A DNA stretch of 64,000 nucleotides from a bacterium (GCA_032250835.1 JAVVEA010000018.1:1-64000); one strand, 5' to 3'; positions 9,124 to 19,616 are shown, counted from the first letter of the stretch. The notes: generated from the letters alone by a model not told the origin. Numbers and translations are program-made.

Positions 9124-10401
9124 TCAAAGAAGCGCCAACAATTCGCGCAACCCTTGGTTCCCCTCGCTGCCCCCCAGCAGCTGGGTTAAGGGAGCCCCAG
9201 AGAGCCGAATCCGCTCAGGGTCCGCGCTTAGTTCCAACCCCCCACGCCGGGCTTCAATGCGGTCTTCGGTTTCGCGCAATAATTCCCAGCCTTTGGCCTG
9301 TAAGCCGGGGATCAGCGCGCGAGGACTCATCGCGCCGCCCAAGCCCAACAACAAAGCGCCGTAGTCTAGGTCCAAAGCATCGATCATGGCCGTCAAGGAG
9401 TCGGGCTGGTTCGCCCAAGTGCGCTCTAACCACAAGGATTCAAAAAGTCGCCCCTGCTTCTTGTCCGCCGCTTCGTAACGGAAGGCGTAGCGGCCACCGG
9501 TAAAGAGGATTTCACAGCCCTCCGCCTTTAGATCGCCCAAGCTCAACCCCAGAGCCTTGCGCAGCCCCGTGGCCTTGCGGCCCAGCTCAGGGGCCAGGTA
9601 GGGGCCCAGGTTGTGGTTAACGGACCATTCAATCTGGCTCTGGGTATAGGCTTGCCAATTTTTGATCTCCGTCAGGACCTCTTTGACCCGCAAAATCCGG
9701 TCCGCTTCGGCCCCAAAAGCCACCAAAGGGGCCCCCAAGAGCCCCAAAGGGTCCAAAATGCCGCCCGAAAAATCCGCCAGCAGGTGGTCCCCACGCCCTT
9801 CGGTAGTCAGCCCTTTGGATTCTAACCAAGCCCTTAAACTACCTAAGGTCAATTGGCCCTCGGCCAAGGCTTCGGCCTCTCCATCTAGGGCCTGCAAAAG
9901 CGCCATCATCCAGCGGCTACGCCCCGGCAGGCCGTCTTTCTGGTAATCTTCGGACCGCTCCACCAGGCGGGCCATCCAAACCGACGGCCCCTGGGCGGCT
10001 AGAAAATCCATGAACAAGGGGGCATCTTGGGGCACCCATAGATCTAGCAACAGGGGTCCGGGCCAGTTTTTAAGGGGCACGAGGCTGCCTGGATCGTCTA
10101 AATCATAGGCATCACCGGGAACCAAATAGGCTTCTCCACCTAAGCACAGCCCGATCCCCGTGGCCCAGGTCAAGGCTTGCGGATTCGCCCGGGCTTCGCG
10201 CAAGATGCGCCCCCGGGCGGCTTGGTCCTCGGCTAGGTAACAAACGCCTTCGGACCCAAAGGGAGCCGCAGGCTGCGCCAACAAAGCCGCGACCAGGGAC
10301 TGAGCCTCTTCTAAGGCAGGGCGCAACTCCATTAAGCCTTTGACGCCTGTCAGCGCCAAGGCCAGTAAATTTTTAGTTGCTTCTAGTTTAGCCGGTATCA
10401 T
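9124..10401 (-). CDS. Hypothetical protein with degenerate caspase/peptidase C14-like domain
   Basis: 425-aa ORF; ATGIG..GEAYLVPGD, LLLDLW, LLQALDGEA..GQLTLGSLRAWL resemble the C14 pattern without His/Cys. Confidence 0.55.
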   Translation of the reverse strand: MIPAKLEATKNLLALALTGVKGLMELRPALEEAQSLVAALLAQPAAPFGSEGVCYLAEDQAARGRILREARANPQALTWATGIGLCLGGEAYLVPGDAYDLDDPGSLVPLKNWPGPLLLDLWVPQDAPLFMDFLAAQGPSVWMARLVERSEDYQKDGLPGRSRWMMALLQALDGEAEALAEGQLTLGSLRAWLESKGLTTEGRGDHLLADFSGGILDPLGLLGAPLVAFGAEADRILRVKEVLTEIKNWQAYTQSQIEWSVNHNLGPYLAPELGRKATGLRKALGLSLGDLKAEGCEILFTGGRYAFRYEAADKKQGRLFESLWLERTWANQPDSLTAMIDALDLDYGALLLGLGGAMSPRALIPGLQAKGWELLRETEDRIEARRGGLELSADPERIRLSGAPLTQLLGGSEGNQGLRELLALL

Positions 10402-10441
10402 CTTGACCCCAACCTAGCCTGGGCCAAGCAAGCTGGCAAGC

Positions 10442-10470
10442 TTGACCTCCCACCGCCGCAGGCTTATGTT
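10442..10470 (+). promoter_or_regulatory. sigma70-type promoter of panE
   Basis: TTGACC-N17-TATGTT, followed by AGGAGG SD. Confidence 0.55.
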
Positions 10471-10488
10471 GTGCTAGGAGGTAAGCTC

Positions 10489-11424
10489 ATGAACCCAACC
10501 ATTCAGTCTGTCTTGGTCTTAGGTGCCGGTGCCGTCGGCGGCTTTTATGGGGCCCGTCTGGCCCAGATTGGCCTCCAGGTCTCTTTTGTCTGCCGCTCTA
10601 ACTTCGAGGCCATTGCCACAAAGGGACTTCAGATACGCAGCTACCAGGGCGATTTTTCGATCACCCCAGAGCAGGTGGTCCAGGATACGAAAGATTACCA
10701 AGGCAAGCCCGACTTGCTAGTGATCGCGACCAAAGTGGTGCCCGGAAACGACCTTACCGACCAAATCGCGCCGTTGGTTCATCCTGGCCTGACGATCTTG
10801 TTGATCCAAAATGGAATTGAGGTCGAAGCGCCAATCGCCGAGGCTTTCCCGGCGGTCCCTTTGCTTTCGGCCATTGCCTTTGTCGGCGTGACCCGCACCG
10901 CCCCCGGCCAAATCCACCACCAACTTCGCGGGGACCTAGAAATCGGCAGCTTTGGTCCCGGCCAGTTTGACTCGGCCTTAAAGAGGGTTTTGACGGCTTT
11001 TGAGTCCACCGGCTTGAAGATACGGGGCTCGCAAGACATTGTAAAAAGTCGCTGGGTCAAACTGCTTTGGAATGCCGCCTTCAATCCCCTTTCGGTTCTC
11101 GGCCAAGCCGACACCCAGAGGATCTTAGAGTTGCCCGGAAGTGAAGCCCAAATCCGGGCCATTATGGGCGAAGTCATGGCCCTAGCCGAAGCGGCCGGAA
11201 AACCCTTAGATCCCCAGTTAGCGGAAAAAAATATCGCCGCCACCTACAAGATGCCTCCATACAAGACCAGCATGTTGGTGGATTTCGAGGCCCATAGACC
11301 CTTAGAAACCGAAGCCATCTTGGGCAAGCCCATTAAAATAGCCCATCGCTTAGGCATAGCCGTGCCGCGGCTTGAACTGCTTGAAGCGTTGTTACATCTC
11401 TTAGCGGATCAGAAAAGAGGTTGA
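10489..11424 (+). CDS. panE: 2-dehydropantoate 2-reductase (ApbA/PanE)
   Basis: GAGAVGGFYG, QNG, WVKLLWN..FN, KTSMLVD, E.EAI. Confidence 0.93.
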   Translation: MNPTIQSVLVLGAGAVGGFYGARLAQIGLQVSFVCRSNFEAIATKGLQIRSYQGDFSITPEQVVQDTKDYQGKPDLLVIATKVVPGNDLTDQIAPLVHPGLTILLIQNGIEVEAPIAEAFPAVPLLSAIAFVGVTRTAPGQIHHQLRGDLEIGSFGPGQFDSALKRVLTAFESTGLKIRGSQDIVKSRWVKLLWNAAFNPLSVLGQADTQRILELPGSEAQIRAIMGEVMALAEAAGKPLDPQLAEKNIAATYKMPPYKTSMLVDFEAHRPLETEAILGKPIKIAHRLGIAVPRLELLEALLHLLADQKRG

Positions 11425-11479
11425 TTCAACACCCCCAAGTCGATTACCCTCAGGGCTGCATACCCAAATTAGGAAGGTC

Positions 11480-11875
11480 ATGAAAATCCTGGTCGTTGAC
11501 GATACCTTACTGGCTCGCCAGTTGATGAGCCACGCCTTGCGGCCCTATGGCGACGTTGATGTGGTCGTCAACGGGGAAGAGGCCCTAGAAGTGTTTAAAA
11601 GCTCCCTAAAAGAGAAGACACCTTATTCGGTCATCTTCTTAGACATCATGATGCCCGAGATGGATGGGCACGAAGCGCTACGCCAAATCCGCCAATGGGA
11701 AGATAGCCAAGGCATAAAAGAACCGGTTCCGGTGGTCATGACCACCGCCTTGGGCGACAAGGAAAACATCCTCTCTAGCTTCAAAGAGGGCTGCGAGCAT
11801 TACCTAGTTAAGCCCATTGAGCTAGCAAAGCTCTTTAACATCATGACCGAATTGGGCTTTTCAAAATCAAGCTAG
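11480..11875 (+). CDS. Single-domain CheY-like response regulator
   Basis: DD, LDIMMPEMDG, TA, YLVKP. Confidence 0.92.
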   Translation: MKILVVDDTLLARQLMSHALRPYGDVDVVVNGEEALEVFKSSLKEKTPYSVIFLDIMMPEMDGHEALRQIRQWEDSQGIKEPVPVVMTTALGDKENILSSFKEGCEHYLVKPIELAKLFNIMTELGFSKSS

Positions 11876-11974
11876 GCCGCTGCCCCTTGGGCCGCCAGAT
11901 AGAAGGCCGGTCGCAAAAGCCTAGTTCCGCCAACGCTACGGGCCGGTGAACCACCCGCACTGCGAAGCCCTTTT

Positions 11975-13108
11975 TTACCGTAGCTGGTAGCCCAATCGGT
12001 AGGTCTTCTTTTCCACTACCTGCACCTCAAACTCCACCTCGCCTATCAGCCGCTCCTCTGAATTGAGCACCTCAATCCGCCAGGGACCGGAAAAAATTTG
12101 CTTCTTGAGGTAAAAATTTCTCCAGCCCCGAGCCCTTCCACCGGTGATCTCAAATTCCTGTTGGTCCTTTAGAACCCACTCCTGGGCTTCTGGGTCAAAC
12201 CAATACCAATCTTGCCGGATTCTTTCGCGCAACCCGTCGGGCGCGAAGATGGCGGTAAAGCCAACCAGTTGGTCGCCTTGCAGGACAAAATGAAAGGGGC
12301 GGTCGGCTTCGCGCCAAAAAACCCACCAGGGAGCCTTCTCATAACCCAAGCGGTATTGGTCAAAGCTCTTTTCCACGCTATGGTACACTCCGCCATGTTT
12401 GAGCGAGAGCGGCACCGGAGGGATCAAGTTGGTGCGGTATAAAACATCTAACAACGCAAAGAGCAGCAACGCCCCTGTTAGGGTTCCGTATAGCCGCCTT
12501 GGACTCGTCATCACCCCTTGTTGATAAAAAACCCCCAGCAGCACCACCAGCAGGACATAGCTGACCGCCCCAGCGAGCACAAAAACTTCGTGCCCCATTT
12601 TTCGGAACAAAATGGGGAAGAAGAAGGCCAAAAAGCTATGGCTGACCAAATAAAATAGGATCAGCTGTAGCCGGTGGTCCCCCAGATGGTGTTTGAGCGC
12701 TTCGACCGCAAACATCATCGACACCAGCAAACCCACGAAGACTAGGTTTTTGGAAAAACTGGCACTTTGGAAGTAGTAGATCACATAAGCGCTAAAGAGG
12801 CCCCCCAAAAAGAACTGGATACCCAGCGAGTAAAGCTGGTCATATTTCATCAGCCTGGGGTTTTTCAGCTTGCCGGCTTCGCTTAGATTACTCAGCAATA
12901 AGCAGGTCATCAAAGCACACAGATAGGCCAACAGGATCAAGTTATCGATCAGGCGGTCGATCCGCGTGAGGGTCAAGCTATCCCAGGCAAAACCCGCCAC
13001 GAAGGAAAGCAACGGGGCGTACCGCTGATTTCGTCGATAAAATTGGTCGACCTGGGCGATCAGTTGGTTTTCTTCGCGTAGTTGGCCCCAGCGTTCTTTA
13101 ATATCCAT
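11975..13108 (-). CDS. Multi-TM membrane protein with C-terminal DUF2914-like domain
   Basis: WDSLTL, several TM segments, IPPVPLSL, FTAIFAP, ITGGRARGWR, GPWRIEV. Confidence 0.8.
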   Translation of the reverse strand: MDIKERWGQLREENQLIAQVDQFYRRNQRYAPLLSFVAGFAWDSLTLTRIDRLIDNLILLAYLCALMTCLLLSNLSEAGKLKNPRLMKYDQLYSLGIQFFLGGLFSAYVIYYFQSASFSKNLVFVGLLVSMMFAVEALKHHLGDHRLQLILFYLVSHSFLAFFFPILFRKMGHEVFVLAGAVSYVLLVVLLGVFYQQGVMTSPRRLYGTLTGALLLFALLDVLYRTNLIPPVPLSLKHGGVYHSVEKSFDQYRLGYEKAPWWVFWREADRPFHFVLQGDQLVGFTAIFAPDGLRERIRQDWYWFDPEAQEWVLKDQQEFEITGGRARGWRNFYLKKQIFSGPWRIEVLNSEERLIGEVEFEVQVVEKKTYRLGYQLR

Positions 13109-13266
13109 AGGTCTCGGTTATTGAGTTAGAATCCATCATAGGGACGCTAGGCCCACAAGGCAAGTATAGCGGCGAACTCTCTTACAGACCCGTCATGAAC
13201 ATAGGACTAAAATCAAGCTGGACTAGTTCTTCTAGTAGTCCTCTGGGGCCTGAAATATGCACCAAA

Positions 13267-13280
13267 AATAGGTACCTATT
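13267..13280. promoter_or_regulatory. Perfect 14-bp palindrome in divergent intergenic region (possible operator)
   Basis: AATAGGTACCTATT. Confidence 0.35.
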
Positions 13281-13397
13281 GTAGGCTAGGCAAAGGCCGC
13301 CACACCCCTGCTTACCACCCCTTTGGTCAGAGTTGGAGTGGGATTTTTTTTAAATACAGCCATTGCCGAGAACCTTTGGTTTGCAGGTCAGGGAGAC

Positions 13398-13426
13398 TTG
13401 CAAAGATAGGTTTATTTATATATTAT
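13398..13426 (+). promoter_or_regulatory. sigma70-type promoter
   Basis: TTGCAA-N17-TATTAT. Confidence 0.6.
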
Positions 13427-13488
13427 AGCTGCCATCCGAACCCGCAGTGGAGGAACTGTCTGGTTCACTATCGACTCTGGAGACTACC

Positions 13489-13944
13489 ATGCACTACGAA
13501 GACTTGATCTCTGATGCACCTGGCGCGAGACGCGAGTTAGTTTGGTTCGTCTTGGTATTAGGTGCTTTGACGGCCCTCAATGTAGGCGCATTGTTTTACC
13601 GCCAACAACCGTTAATCGAACACCGTCAGTATGACTTTGCTTCTCCCTTTGAGTTCAAGCAAATCTTACATAACGGAGACATGCGTTTTAAGGCCTGTTT
13701 CCACAAAAACGTCCAGGGTGGGTTCTACCTCTGCTTCTTGTTCCCACCGCCAAAGCGATTGGCCCTGCACGAAGGCTTTTTTGATACCGATGCCTTTGAG
13801 CGGGTCTTTATTGATTCTGAGTATATGCGAAAGTACATCAACAAATTCAAAGAAAAAAAGTGGGACACCGGCCACCACATTGCTGGCTTCCAGATCCAAC
13901 GACTCAAGGACTCTTACAAGGTCACCCCGACTTTCGCAAAGTAA
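13489..13944 (+). CDS. Hypothetical single-TM protein
   Basis: GGAG SD before ATG 13489, one TM, own promoter and terminator. Confidence 0.7.
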   Translation: MHYEDLISDAPGARRELVWFVLVLGALTALNVGALFYRQQPLIEHRQYDFASPFEFKQILHNGDMRFKACFHKNVQGGFYLCFLFPPPKRLALHEGFFDTDAFERVFIDSEYMRKYINKFKEKKWDTGHHIAGFQIQRLKDSYKVTPTFAK

Positions 13945-13957
13945 CCGCTCTCCCGGG

Positions 13958-13978
13958 GGGCTCTGCGGAGCCCTTTTT
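13958..13978 (+). terminator. Rho-independent terminator
   Basis: GGGCTC-TGCG-GAGCCC-TTTTT. Confidence 0.75.
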
Positions 13979-14245
13979 CCTTGCTCTAAGCGCCCCCCAC
14001 ATTGACCTCTTTTCTCTTGCCCTGGGTGCTTGCCTCAAGGCCCTTGCGCAAAGCCCCGGCTCCCAGAGCGGGCCAGATCGTCCCCCTAGCTCCGCCACCC
14101 TTCGCCAGGGCGGAGGTCTAGTTGCCTAGAACCCCAAACTACCCCTAAGGCATCCCAGCCTGATAGGTTCTGGTTTGTCTATGGATTGGTTGTCAAGTCC
14201 GGGTCAAATAGGCAATACTGGAGCGACACCCTCAGAAATCTACGG

Positions 14246-17200
14246 ATGAACCTATTTGGCCTCTTGCTGCTTTGTATTTATCTAGTTCCGGGAAACCTTT
14301 GGGCCGCACCGGAAGTACCGCCAGTGACCCTAGCTTGGCCCCTTTGGGTGGCCTTCTGTTTGGTGGGACTGGGCTTAGGCTGGCTGATCGGACGCCGAAC
14401 CCGGACGATCAAACAGCCAACCCCCTTAGATGCGAGCCAACGCCGCTTATTGGATGGGATTCTAGAGCATTCAAGCCTCCCCATTTATACTAAAAACCTC
14501 CAAGGGCGCTACCAGTCGGCCAATCTCGCCTTCACCAGCCTCGTCCAAAAGTCCTCTGACGACATCATTGGGAAGACGGCCTTTGATCTCTTTAACCAAG
14601 AGAACGCCGCCACGATCCAAGCCCAGGACCAAAGCGTCTTGCACTCCGGCGAACTGATGTTCTTTGCCGCCCCCTTGGTGATCCAGGGCAAAACCCATCA
14701 TTTAGAATACCGCATATTCCCGCTCCATGACAAGCAGGGTAAGGTAGTGGGTCTATGTGGTATCGCACGCGACACAACGGACCACAAAGAATTGTTGTCG
14801 GCCTTATCGGCCAGCGAAGACAGCTTCCGCCAGCTCTTTGAACGACATGGGTCTTATTTTTGGCTGGTTGATCCCGCCACGCGCTTGATCGTCCGGGCCA
14901 ATCCTTCTTGTGCGAAATTCCACGGTCTGACGCCCGAAGAGATGGCCGGGCTCCCGCTAAGCCACTTCAGCAAGCTAGACCCGAGCAAAGCCCTCGAACG
15001 CATCGAAAAGATTAAAACCGAAGGCAAGGCCCGCTTCTTAAGCCCTCACCTGCTCGCCGACGGAAGCCTGAGAACCGTCGAAGTCCATTCTAGCATGGTC
15101 CTGTTTGACGGACGGGAACTCATCTTTTCGGTGATGCACGACATGACCGAACAATTAGAAGCCCAAAGGCAACAAAAAGAAAGCGAAGCTCGATTCGAGC
15201 TACTGGCCGAAGCAGCCCAAGAGCCGATCTTGATTTTAGACGGGGACCACCTTTTTGATGCCAACCGGGCCGCACAGCGCCATTTTGGCTTAAGTCACCG
15301 GGAACTGATCGAAAAACCCTTAGAGGATCTCCTGCCCGGTTTGGGCTCCATGAAGCCCGCAACCCACCGGCGGCTACATGGCCAAAAAAATGGGCGGGTT
15401 TTTCATTGGGAGATCAACGCCGCGGCACTTCCCTTTCAGGGTAAAGAACACTTAGCCCTAGCCATCAACGACCAAAGCCAGTTGTGGCAGCAGCAAGAAG
15501 ACCTCAAGGAAAACCACCGGCTCATGCAAGCGGTGATCGATGCGGTCCCGGCCCCCGTTTTGCTTTGCGACCCTAACGGCAAAGTGAAGACAGGGAACTT
15601 TTCTTTCCTCCAGCTATTAAATCTCCCCGTCGAATCTGCCGAAGGCCAGCCACTAAGCCAACTTTTAGAGCCCCACTTGGCCAAGCGGTTAACTGAATCG
15701 ATCCACGGCCCCAGAGACTTTGAGGTGAGTTTTGCGGACGCCCAGGGGTGCCGGTTGAGCTTTTTCTGCTCCCAGGCTCCCCTGCTCGATTTAGGCGGTA
15801 GCCTTCAAGGCGTAGTGACCGTGCTGTTCGACATCACCCAACGCAAGACGGCGCTCAAGAACCTAGAAAAAACCCGAGAGCAACTCAACCGAATTTTGGC
15901 CGGTAGCCGGGACGGCTACTGGGAGTTGGAACCGGCCAGTGGGCAGCTCTTTTTGTCGGAACAAGCTAAAACCCTATTGGGCCGTAGCGGGAACGCGCGC
16001 ATCGCTCCTTGGGGCCTGCCGCAAGCCGAACAAGACCAACTTAAAGCCCAAATCAATCAGCTCTTGGAGAGCAAAGACAAAGAGCTCCAATGGCTGGTCC
16101 AGTTAACGGACCGAGAAGGAACGCCTCAATGGTTGCTCTTTAAGGCTTTGGCCTTTTACGAACAAGGCAAACCCCGCTTTCTTTCTGGGGTGGTTAGTGA
16201 TCTTACGCTGTACAAAAAAACGGAATCTCAACTTGCCGAAAGCAAACAACGGCTAGATCTCGCCTTAGAAGCGGGGCGTTTGGGCTTTTGGGATTGGCTC
16301 CCCCAAAGCGACCATTTAAGCGTCAACCAGCGGTGGGCCGAGATGTTAGGCTACGGCTTGCTGGAATTGCCCCCTAAAGGCTCCTTTTGGTTTTCCCGGC
16401 TTAATGCCAAAGACCTGCGCTTGATCCAAGCAGAACTGACCAAGCTAAATCGAGGTGAATCCCAGCGTTTTGCCCTCAAAGTCCAATTAAAGCACAAAGA
16501 GGGACAGCAAATTTGGGCACTCATCCAAGGGCAGGTAATGTCTCGCGACGATCAGGGGCAACCGTTACGATTAGTCGGCACCCAACAAGACATCACCGAA
16601 GAGGTCGAAACCAACGAGGGGCTAACGCAGGCCAAAGCCGCAGCGGAAGTGGCGGTACGGGCCAAGGCAGAGTTCCTAGCCAACATGAGCCACGAAATCC
16701 GCACCCCCATGAATGCGGTATTGGGCTTTGCTGAATTGTTACGAGGGCAAATCCACGATCCCCTAGGGCGTAGCTATTTAGAATCGATCCAACGGGGCGG
16801 CAAGAGTCTGCTCCGGTTGATCAACGACCTCTTGGACCTGTCCAAGATCGAATCCGGTAAAATGGCGATCAATCGTGAGCCCACCAACTTAGTTCAACTA
16901 TTTGAAGAGGTGAACGAAATCTTTAGCCCCCGCTTCGAACAAAAAGGCGTGGAATTGGCGCTGGACATGGCTGAAGAAGTGCCCCGTTTTGTCCTGATCG
17001 ATGACCTTAGACTGCGGCAAGTCTTATTCAACCTCATTGGCAACGCCGTCAAATTCACCGAAGCCGGTCGCGTCACGGTGCGGGTGCGGGCGACCCATAT
17101 CGACTCAACCTTATTGCGCTTTGATCTGAATATCGACGTGATCGATACCGGGATCGGCATCTCGGCCGAACGGATCTATGGCTTGTTTGACCTCTTCAAC

Positions 17201-18076
17201 ACCGCCCAAGCCCCAGCCAGCAGCACCCAAGGCACCGGTCTGGGGTTAGCGATTACCTCGCGTCTGATCCAGGCGATGCACGGAACCCTAAAGGTGGACA
17301 GCCAACCGGGCAAGGGTTCTAGGTTCACCATCGAGCTGCCTGAAGTCAGCCTGATCAAGCGCATGGATAGTTCTTTAGGCGCAGAAGCCCCCGTCGGCCA
17401 AAATATACGCTACCGGCAGGGCACCGTCCTGGTGGTCGACGATGTCGAATCCAACCGGTCGTTGGTACGAGAAGCGCTGCGCAATACCGGGCTTTCGGTA
17501 CGAGAAGCCGAAGACGGGCAACAGGCCTTAATCCTGGCTGAAGCAATCTTGCCGGACCTGATTTTGATGGACCTCCGCATGCCGGTTTTGGGCGGTGTCG
17601 AGGCGACCAAACAACTGCGAGACCTGCCGATGTTAAAGAAAACGCCGGTGATCGCCATGACCGCTTCGGTGGCCACTCCCCAGAGGTTTGTGGATTCCGG
17701 GCTGTTTGATGCGCTGTTAATCAAACCAGTCCGCATCGAGCGGCTCTATGAATTAGTGGCCCGCTTTTTGGCCCACCACGAACCCAAAGCATCCCCAGCC
17801 GCCATCCCCGCATTCGCCGCCTTTGAACAAGTAAAAGGCGATGATTGGGGCCTACTGGTGGCCCAGTACCAACAAACCATAGAAAGCCGAAATTTTGACC
17901 AGATAACCTCCTTTGCCGACAAACTAATGGAAGTCGGCCAAGCCCAAGATAATGAGACCCTAAAAAACTACGCTGAACGGATGCATTTTCTAGCCGGAAA
18001 CTTCGACATCGAAAAGCTTCAAGTGCTGTTGGCCCAATTTCATGACCTCCCCCACCCTCCCAAAAACGCAACATGA
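14246..18076 (+). CDS. Multi-PAS hybrid sensor histidine kinase (TM-PAS repeats-HisKA-HATPase-REC-helical tail)
   Basis: Several PAS/PAC segments, [42 protein letters not shown]; start uncertain (14186/14246). Confidence 0.93.
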   Translation: MNLFGLLLLCIYLVPGNLWAAPEVPPVTLAWPLWVAFCLVGLGLGWLIGRRTRTIKQPTPLDASQRRLLDGILEHSSLPIYTKNLQGRYQSANLAFTSLVQKSSDDIIGKTAFDLFNQENAATIQAQDQSVLHSGELMFFAAPLVIQGKTHHLEYRIFPLHDKQGKVVGLCGIARDTTDHKELLSALSASEDSFRQLFERHGSYFWLVDPATRLIVRANPSCAKFHGLTPEEMAGLPLSHFSKLDPSKALERIEKIKTEGKARFLSPHLLADGSLRTVEVHSSMVLFDGRELIFSVMHDMTEQLEAQRQQKESEARFELLAEAAQEPILILDGDHLFDANRAAQRHFGLSHRELIEKPLEDLLPGLGSMKPATHRRLHGQKNGRVFHWEINAAALPFQGKEHLALAINDQSQLWQQQEDLKENHRLMQAVIDAVPAPVLLCDPNGKVKTGNFSFLQLLNLPVESAEGQPLSQLLEPHLAKRLTESIHGPRDFEVSFADAQGCRLSFFCSQAPLLDLGGSLQGVVTVLFDITQRKTALKNLEKTREQLNRILAGSRDGYWELEPASGQLFLSEQAKTLLGRSGNARIAPWGLPQAEQDQLKAQINQLLESKDKELQWLVQLTDREGTPQWLLFKALAFYEQGKPRFLSGVVSDLTLYKKTESQLAESKQRLDLALEAGRLGFWDWLPQSDHLSVNQRWAEMLGYGLLELPPKGSFWFSRLNAKDLRLIQAELTKLNRGESQRFALKVQLKHKEGQQIWALIQGQVMSRDDQGQPLRLVGTQQDITEEVETNEGLTQAKAAAEVAVRAKAEFLANMSHEIRTPMNAVLGFAELLRGQIHDPLGRSYLESIQRGGKSLLRLINDLLDLSKIESGKMAINREPTNLVQLFEEVNEIFSPRFEQKGVELALDMAEEVPRFVLIDDLRLRQVLFNLIGNAVKFTEAGRVTVRVRATHIDSTLLRFDLNIDVIDTGIGISAERIYGLFDLFNTAQAPASSTQGTGLGLAITSRLIQAMHGTLKVDSQPGKGSRFTIELPEVSLIKRMDSSLGAEAPVGQNIRYRQGTVLVVDDVESNRSLVREALRNTGLSVREAEDGQQALILAEAILPDLILMDLRMPVLGGVEATKQLRDLPMLKKTPVIAMTASVATPQRFVDSGLFDALLIKPVRIERLYELVARFLAHHEPKASPAAIPAFAAFEQVKGDDWGLLVAQYQQTIESRNFDQITSFADKLMEVGQAQDNETLKNYAERMHFLAGNFDIEKLQVLLAQFHDLPHPPKNAT

Positions 18077-19197
18077 CCCTGCTTGATCCGAGCGCCCAAC
18101 CCGGTCGTCTGCTGATCGTTGACGACGTGGCCAGAAACATCCAATTGGTGGCTTTAGCACTCAAGAAAGAAGGCCATTCGATCAGCTATGCCAGCAGCGG
18201 TGCCGAGGCGCTACAGATGGCGGTCAAGCAGGAATATGACTTGATCTTGTTAGACATCATGATGCCCGAGATGGACGGTTTTGAAGTCTGCCGCCAGCTC
18301 AAGGCCAACCCAGCCACCCAAGAGACGCCAGTGATCTTTTTGACCGCCAAGACCGATGCGGAAAGTATCATTGAAGCCTTTCAGCTAGGGGCGGTAGACT
18401 ATATTTCCAAACCCTTCTTAGGGGTGGAGCTAAAATTACGGATCCGCAACCATTTAGAACTGCGCCGCATCCGCCGCGAGTTGAGCGAAAACAACAAATT
18501 AAAAGACAAGTTTTTTAGCATCCTGGCCCATGACCTCCGGTCTCCTTTTAATGCCTTACTAGGCCTCTCAGAGGTGCTTAAGGACGAAGCCGAAGAACTA
18601 CCTCGGGCCGAATTGGCCAATCTGGCCCAGAAGGTTTTTGATTCAGGCGTGAAGGTTAACGACTTGATGGAACAGCTGCTTTCCTGGTCGCGCAGCCAAC
18701 GCGGAAAAATCCCCTACGAACCCAGCCAATTGGTTCTAGCGGAAATGGCCCAAGAAACGATAGAATTACTCAGCGCCACCGCAGAGCGTAAAAATATTCA
18801 GCTACAGCAACTAGTCGACCCTCAGGTTCAAGTCTGGGCGGACCGATACGCCCTCCTGACGATCCTGCGCAATCTGGTGGGGAATGCCATCAAATTCACC
18901 CCCCGGGGCGGCTCTGTGCGTATTGAAGCGAGTCAGGGAGAAGACTGGACCCAGGTGGCGGTGGTCGATAGCGGCATGGGGATTGGGGCAAAAGATTTGA
19001 CCGATCTTTTTCGTATTGACCGCAACCGGAACAGCCGAGGCACCGAGGGAGAATCAGGTACCGGGCTAGGTTTGATTTTATGTAAAGAGTTGGCTGAACA
19101 AAATCAGGGGTCCATCAGCGTTTCTAGTAAACCCGACCAGGGCAGCCGCTTTGCCCTAGAGTTGCCCCGGCACCCTCACCGTGAGAATCCGCCATGA
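18073..19197 (+). CDS. REC-HisKA-HATPase hybrid kinase
   Basis: LDIMMPEMDG, AHDLRSP, NAIKFT, GTGLGL; ATGA overlap with upstream gene. Confidence 0.93.
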   Translation: MTLLDPSAQPGRLLIVDDVARNIQLVALALKKEGHSISYASSGAEALQMAVKQEYDLILLDIMMPEMDGFEVCRQLKANPATQETPVIFLTAKTDAESIIEAFQLGAVDYISKPFLGVELKLRIRNHLELRRIRRELSENNKLKDKFFSILAHDLRSPFNALLGLSEVLKDEAEELPRAELANLAQKVFDSGVKVNDLMEQLLSWSRSQRGKIPYEPSQLVLAEMAQETIELLSATAERKNIQLQQLVDPQVQVWADRYALLTILRNLVGNAIKFTPRGGSVRIEASQGEDWTQVAVVDSGMGIGAKDLTDLFRIDRNRNSRGTEGESGTGLGLILCKELAEQNQGSISVSSKPDQGSRFALELPRHPHRENPP

Positions 19198-19616
19198 AAA
19201 CACCCAGAATCTTAATCGCCGATGATGTCCCCTACAACCGGACCTTGTTACATCATCTAGTGAAAAAGTTCGGTGACTGCGACTTTGCCGCCAACGGGAT
19301 TGAAGTGTTAGCCGCCGTCGAGGCCGCCGCCGCCGAGGGCAGGCCCTACGACTTAATCCTACTCGACATCATGATGCCCGAAATGGACGGTCAAGAGGCC
19401 TTAAGTGAGTTACGCAAACGCGAAGCCCAGGCAGGGGTACGCTTAAAGGACGAAACCAAAGTGGTGATGGTTACGTCTTTAGGGGACTGGGACAATGTAT
19501 TGCAGGGATTTAAAAAAGGGGTGGTGGAGTATTTGGTCAAACCCATTCGAGACGACAACCTACGCGAGTTACTCGCCCAGATGGGCTTTCAGCCCTTAAC
19601 CGCCGCAGGCAAGTAG
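19194..19616 (+). CDS. Single-domain CheY-like response regulator (similar to 11480..11875)
   Basis: DD, LDIMMPEMDGQEAL, YLVKP. Confidence 0.92.
   Translation: MKTPRILIADDVPYNRTLLHHLVKKFGDCDFAANGIEVLAAVEAAAAEGRPYDLILLDIMMPEMDGQEALSELRKREAQAGVRLKDETKVVMVTSLGDWDNVLQGFKKGVVEYLVKPIRDDNLRELLAQMGFQPLTAAGK

Noticed and set aside
9024-9503. 159-aa plus-strand ORF
   Set aside because: Overlaps two minus-strand genes; Arg/Pro/Ser-rich shadow composition
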